A stretch of 38,088 nt of DNA from a virus. The stretch lies in IMG/VR virus record IMGVR_UViG_3300042970_000016; one strand, 5' to 3'. The stretch's first letter is position 1. Each line of letters opens with the position of its first letter. The notes under the pieces were generated by a model, which was not told where the DNA came from, did no database searches, and was given only the letters and a program-made list of their open reading frames with translations. Shown piece after piece: positions 34,027 to 38,088 of the stretch. Made by a program: the position numbers and the translations under genes.

Positions 34027-35563
34027 GGCTCTTCGGGCGTACCTGTGGGTAAAATCCGTGGCAGAAATGCCCGTTAAGCCCCTCCATTGTTAGTTTTCTG
34101 GCTCCGCTATCGGCCTGTTCGGTAAAGGAACCTTAATATTCGAGCAGACAAGCATGATCATATCGATCATACTCTCCACATCTCGGAAGCCAAATGCTCT
34201 CCGGATGATCAATTTGATTTTGTTGTTGGTCGACTCGATTCTGGCATTGCTCATCTTCAATCGAATCGTATTGAGGATGTGCTCTTCATGCCGGCGGATC
34301 TTGTGACCAAGCTCCTTGAATTCATCGATGCGGCTGTGGGTGGCTCTCCAGAAGAACCTGTCCAGTTCTTCCTTTGCCTCATCCGCATCGTCCATATGAA
34401 GAATGAGCCTCAACTGCTCTTTCAGCAGGTACCCACGATACAGACGTTTATTGCTGACCGCGATTTCAGCCAGCTGCGTTTCCTGCTTGTTGGTCAGGTG
34501 TTCCGGTGCTTTCCCTAATGCGTAAGCAGAGCCCTTTATTTCAGCCGCTTTCTCCTCCGCCTTATGGACGGCAATGGAATCCTTATCCTTCAAAGCTCCG
34601 CGACCGCGCTTGCGCTTAACGGTCTTCTTGAGCTCCTTGAGTTCCTGATGGGCATCGCGCCACGCTTCCTTGCGAAGAGCATCAAGTGCTTCGTTTGCCC
34701 ACTCTACAACGTGGAAGGAATCAACGCAGCGTGCACAGTTCGGAAGGTATTCTTCAATGCACTGGTCGATCCATCTGGCACCGTCACCGGTAACAACCTT
34801 TATGGATGCCCTCTGCTCTGGAGTAAGGCTTTCCAGAAACTTGGAAAAGATCTCTTTTCCGTGCTTGTTGCTTGCCCAGACAACCGTATTGGTATCGTGG
34901 TTCACTATGACGGTAATGTACTTGTGACCCTTACGATAGCTTGTCTCATCGATTCCGATGTTGACAAGGTTGTCCAGCCGTTTACCTGGATCAGGCTCAA
35001 TGTATTTGCGGGCTCTTGTGATGCAGCGGGCAACGGTCTTCCAGTCGATCCGGAGGTACTCGGCTACGGCGCTGCGGCTGAGATTCTCAGCCATCCAGGT
35101 GGCAGTCAGATCAAAGCTCTTGGTGAATCCGGAATCGTGGAACGCCCATGGAACGGCAGCAACCAGAACGCCGTGCTTCGGACATCTGATCCGCTGGGTA
35201 TACGCATTGATGTACACCAGGATGCCGGCAAAGTCGAGGGCTCTCCAGGACCGGATAATACTGGATCTGTCATAGACAGAGCAATGTCGGCCGCAGATCG
35301 GACAGCGGTCAGACTCCCGGTTTTTGGGACGCATACGGACTGTGAGCTTCTTTACTCCATGTGCATCAACAGAAAAATCGGCGCCTTGAACAACTGCACC
35401 CTTGACGTCAAGGATGTTCTTCAATAATGTATTAGCTGAGGTCATTGGAATCTCCGTTCTGTATTTCTTCGACAGCTATACATTACGAGAGTCCGATGAC
35501 CTTTTCAATTGTTATTATGGTAGGCAGAGGCTATTTCCTACCCACACATGTGCACGAAGCCTC
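34027..35563 (-). mobile_element. ISL3-family insertion sequence, 1537 bp
   Basis: 8-bp duplication ATTCTTGC at 34019-34026 and 35564-35571; imperfect terminal IRs (17 of 25) ending TGTGGGTA. Confidence 0.93.
34090..35445 (-). CDS. ISL3 transposase
   Basis: CPICG zinc finger, IGIDETSYRKGHKY, VTGD, VDSFHVV, SNARIESTNNKIK...AFGFR. Confidence 0.95.
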   Translation of the reverse strand: MTSANTLLKNILDVKGAVVQGADFSVDAHGVKKLTVRMRPKNRESDRCPICGRHCSVYDRSSIIRSWRALDFAGILVYINAYTQRIRCPKHGVLVAAVPWAFHDSGFTKSFDLTATWMAENLSRSAVAEYLRIDWKTVARCITRARKYIEPDPGKRLDNLVNIGIDETSYRKGHKYITVIVNHDTNTVVWASNKHGKEIFSKFLESLTPEQRASIKVVTGDGARWIDQCIEEYLPNCARCVDSFHVVEWANEALDALRKEAWRDAHQELKELKKTVKRKRGRGALKDKDSIAVHKAEEKAAEIKGSAYALGKAPEHLTNKQETQLAEIAVSNKRLYRGYLLKEQLRLILHMDDADEAKEELDRFFWRATHSRIDEFKELGHKIRRHEEHILNTIRLKMSNARIESTNNKIKLIIRRAFGFRDVESMIDMIMLVCSNIKVPLPNRPIAEPEN

Positions 35564-37383
35564 ATTCTTGCTGAAACAAATCCGACCGATCACAATCCGG
35601 ATGAATTAAAGAGGCTTTGTGATGTGGCGTTTGATGCGAATTCCAGAAGTTATTCGGAATTTCAGCGAGCAGACAGCTCTGTTACATATGGAAAATTGCC
35701 AGGTAAAGATTTGCTGGCTACGGTTGTTGTCAGTAGCGCAAACACCGACTTTGCCAAATTCGTAAGAAAAATAAAAGCCACCGACTGGGTGCGTCAAGGC
35801 CATACACATTTCGTTCCCGGCTCTGAGGGAAAATGTCCTTTCTGCCAGCAGAAGCTGCCAAGTACATTTGAAGAGGACATTCAGAAATGCTTCGATGCAC
35901 AGTATCAGGAGAATGTTTCTCAGCTCGGAGAATTCCAGAGTACGTATGATCGTGAAACACAGGCCATTGTTAGAAAGCTGGAAGCAAATCTGAGTGATAC
36001 GATGCCTGGACTGGATGACGAGCTCGACGAATACAAATCGAAACTTGCGCTACTGAAGAGCAAGATAGATTTGAATTCGGGCCGCCTTGCCGAAAAAGTC
36101 AAGGAGCCATCAAAAATCGTATCGCTGGAGGATACAGATTCTTTGCTGCTCGAAATCGGCGACCTCATCGATGCCATCAACAAGAAGATCAAGGCAAACA
36201 ACGATGTGGTAAACGCTAAGAGAACCAGCAAGGCAAAGTGCAAAAAAGAGGTTATCGAGTATTTTGCTTTCCTGCTGAAGGACGAAATCAAGAGCTACCT
36301 TGATGAAAAGAAGGCACAGGAAGACGCCCTTAAGAAGCTCGAAGACGAGGGCCGGAACCTCAAGAAAGCCATCAATACCTTGACAAGTGAAATATCCGCA
36401 CTGAATTTGCAGGTTGTAAATACCCAAGCTGCGGTTGATGGAATCAACAAGATCTTGAAGGATTCCGGATTTCAGGGATTCCACATCCGCGAATGTGAGA
36501 ACAACAAGAATCATTACGAGGTCATCCGTGACACCGGAGAAGTTGCAGAAAATCTGAGTGAAGGTGAACGAAACTTTATCGCTTTCCTGTATTTCTATCA
36601 GCTTGTTCGCGGAAGCCAAAGCAGTGAAGAGAAAAAGGACAAGATTGTCGTCATCGACGATCCGGTTTCCAGTATGGACAGCACGGCACTCTTTCTTGTT
36701 AGTGCAATCGTGCGCGAGATGATCAACGTCTGCCGGAATAATACCCATTGGGAAAATCCAAAGGTTCCGGGGAACTATATCAAGCAGATTTTCATCCTGA
36801 CGCACAACGTGTACTTCCATAGAGAGATAACCTATCAGCAGGTCGGCTATTATGATTGCACCACGTTTTATATGATTCGGAAGACCGCCAATATCTCGCG
36901 TGTACATATTTGCGAAAGGCCAAAGGACAAAGCCAAGACCGAGTATGAAAACTACAATCCGGTGCAGAGCTCTTATGCGGCTCTGTGGGAGGAACTACGT
37001 GATGCAGATTCTGTAATTCCGGCGCTCAACGTGATGCGCAGGATTCTCGAGTCGTATTTCCTGCAGCTTTGCGGATACGAAGGTACCAGTCTTCGGGAGC
37101 AGCTGCTCGAAGATCCAGAGAACAGAAAGAACTTTATTAAGGAAGTTCCAGGTGGCCAGCCAGATATGACCGACTACGAGCTTGCTTCGACTATGCTTGC
37201 TTATATCAACAATCCGAACGGCATCACAGACGGCTTGAATCTTGTGGTCGAGGATTATGACGATGTGGACATGTACAAACGAGTATTCAAGGAGATCTTT
37301 TACGTCATGCATCAGAACCAACACTATGACATGATGACAGCTGCGGTCAAGAAACATAATGAATAAGGTGGGAAACTGAATCA

Positions 37384-38088
37384 ATGCCAAAACAAATAAA
37401 ATCAAAGGAACGAGTCGCGGAACACGGCGAGGTTTTCACGAATGAGCGTGAAGTCAATGCCATGCTCGATCTCGTGAAAAGCGAGACCGACCGGATTGAG
37501 AGCCGGTTTTTGGAGCCAGCATGTGGCGATGGAAACTTCCTTGCGGAGATTCTCCGCCGGAAGCTTGCACGGGTGAAGCGACAATATAAGAAGAATAATT
37601 CCGAATACACGAAGAACGCTTTTCTGGCGCTTACGAGTATCTACGGAATTGATATACAGGAAGACAATGTCAAGGAATGCCGCGAACGGCTATTCAAGAT
37701 CTGGGACGAAGCCTATACAAAGCAGGTCAAGAAGGAAGCCAGCGACGAAATACGCGGTGCAGCAAGGTACATTCTGCAGAAGAACATCCTGTGCGGTGAT
37801 GCGCTCACGCTCATGCAAAATGACGGTACGCCGATCATCTTTTCTCAATGGGACTTCACAGTTGGTTACCGGATGCGGCGGAGGGACTTCACGCTCGATG
37901 CACTGATGCGTGATGAGGAACCGGAAAAGGTTGAAGATACTGGCCAGATGAATTTTATGGATGTTCTGGCCGAGAAAAAGAAACAGGGATGGGATTACGA
38001 CGCCGAGACACACGGATGGACTCCGGCACCGATCAGAGAGTTTCCGTCCGTAGATTACTGGGAGGTTCAATATGTCACTGAATCCTGA
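37384..38088 (+). CDS. DNA methyltransferase subunit (AdoMet-binding half of a split N6A methylase / R-M locus)
   Basis: QIKSKERVAEHGEVFT, LEPACGDGNFL motif I, IYGIDI, NILCGDAL; stops at 38088 with no NPPY motif IV. Confidence 0.82.
   Translation: MPKQIKSKERVAEHGEVFTNEREVNAMLDLVKSETDRIESRFLEPACGDGNFLAEILRRKLARVKRQYKKNNSEYTKNAFLALTSIYGIDIQEDNVKECRERLFKIWDEAYTKQVKKEASDEIRGAARYILQKNILCGDALTLMQNDGTPIIFSQWDFTVGYRMRRRDFTLDALMRDEEPEKVEDTGQMNFMDVLAEKKKQGWDYDAETHGWTPAPIREFPSVDYWEVQYVTES

Larger units (their letters stand above)
33503..37366 (+). pseudogene. RloC-like (AAA_13) zinc-hook ABC-ATPase, 772 aa when rejoined, interrupted by ISL3
   Basis: Walker A YGNNGAGKS, YNRDF, hook CPFC, signature LSEGE, Walker B VIDDPVSSMD, LTHN, C-terminal NVMRRILESYF; 33503-34026 joins 35572-37366 in frame (FIEAILA/ETNP). 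Confidence 0.88.

Noticed and set aside
33455-34093. 212-aa and 654-aa (35402-37366) ORFs as two separate genes
   Set aside because: They are halves of one gene split by ISL3; their extra termini are IS sequence

Overview
The window is mostly one siphovirus-type prophage of a Firmicutes-like gene family with GC-rich codon usage, transcribed on the minus strand. Read right to left it contains: a sigma-70-region-4-like regulator; a replication module (DUF2800 exonuclease, DUF2815 SSB, family A DNA polymerase, primase-DUF3987 helicase, VRR-NUC, SNF2, two free-standing HNH endonucleases); a RinA/ArpU-like late activator; HNH, cos and terminase small subunit; a ParB-domain DNA methylase; small accessory genes with their own promoters; terminase large subunit; an HK97-type head; head-tail joining genes; major tail protein; tail chaperone with a -1 slippery site; tape measure protein; and the start of the distal tail gene. 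No integrase of the prophage itself, lysis genes or cI/cro pair lie in the window. Two passenger elements are present. A 3.5-kb RIT element (three tyrosine recombinases, 12021-15520) splits a DUF4314 gene, and an ISL3 (34027-35563, 8-bp target duplication) splits a RloC-like ABC-ATPase gene. From 31662 a divergent, more AT-rich plus-strand operon with a consensus sigma-A promoter looks like a defence cassette. It encodes two uncharacterised proteins, an excisionase-type HTH, the RloC-like ATPase and a methyltransferase subunit. The most striking signal is in the first two proteins. They share a short beta-arch/RHIM-like peptide (EQSGGxGKQxGxxExY) at the C-terminus of one and the N-terminus of the next, the layout of amyloid-signalling gene pairs. 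Family names were assigned by eye from motifs and gene order; no database search was run.
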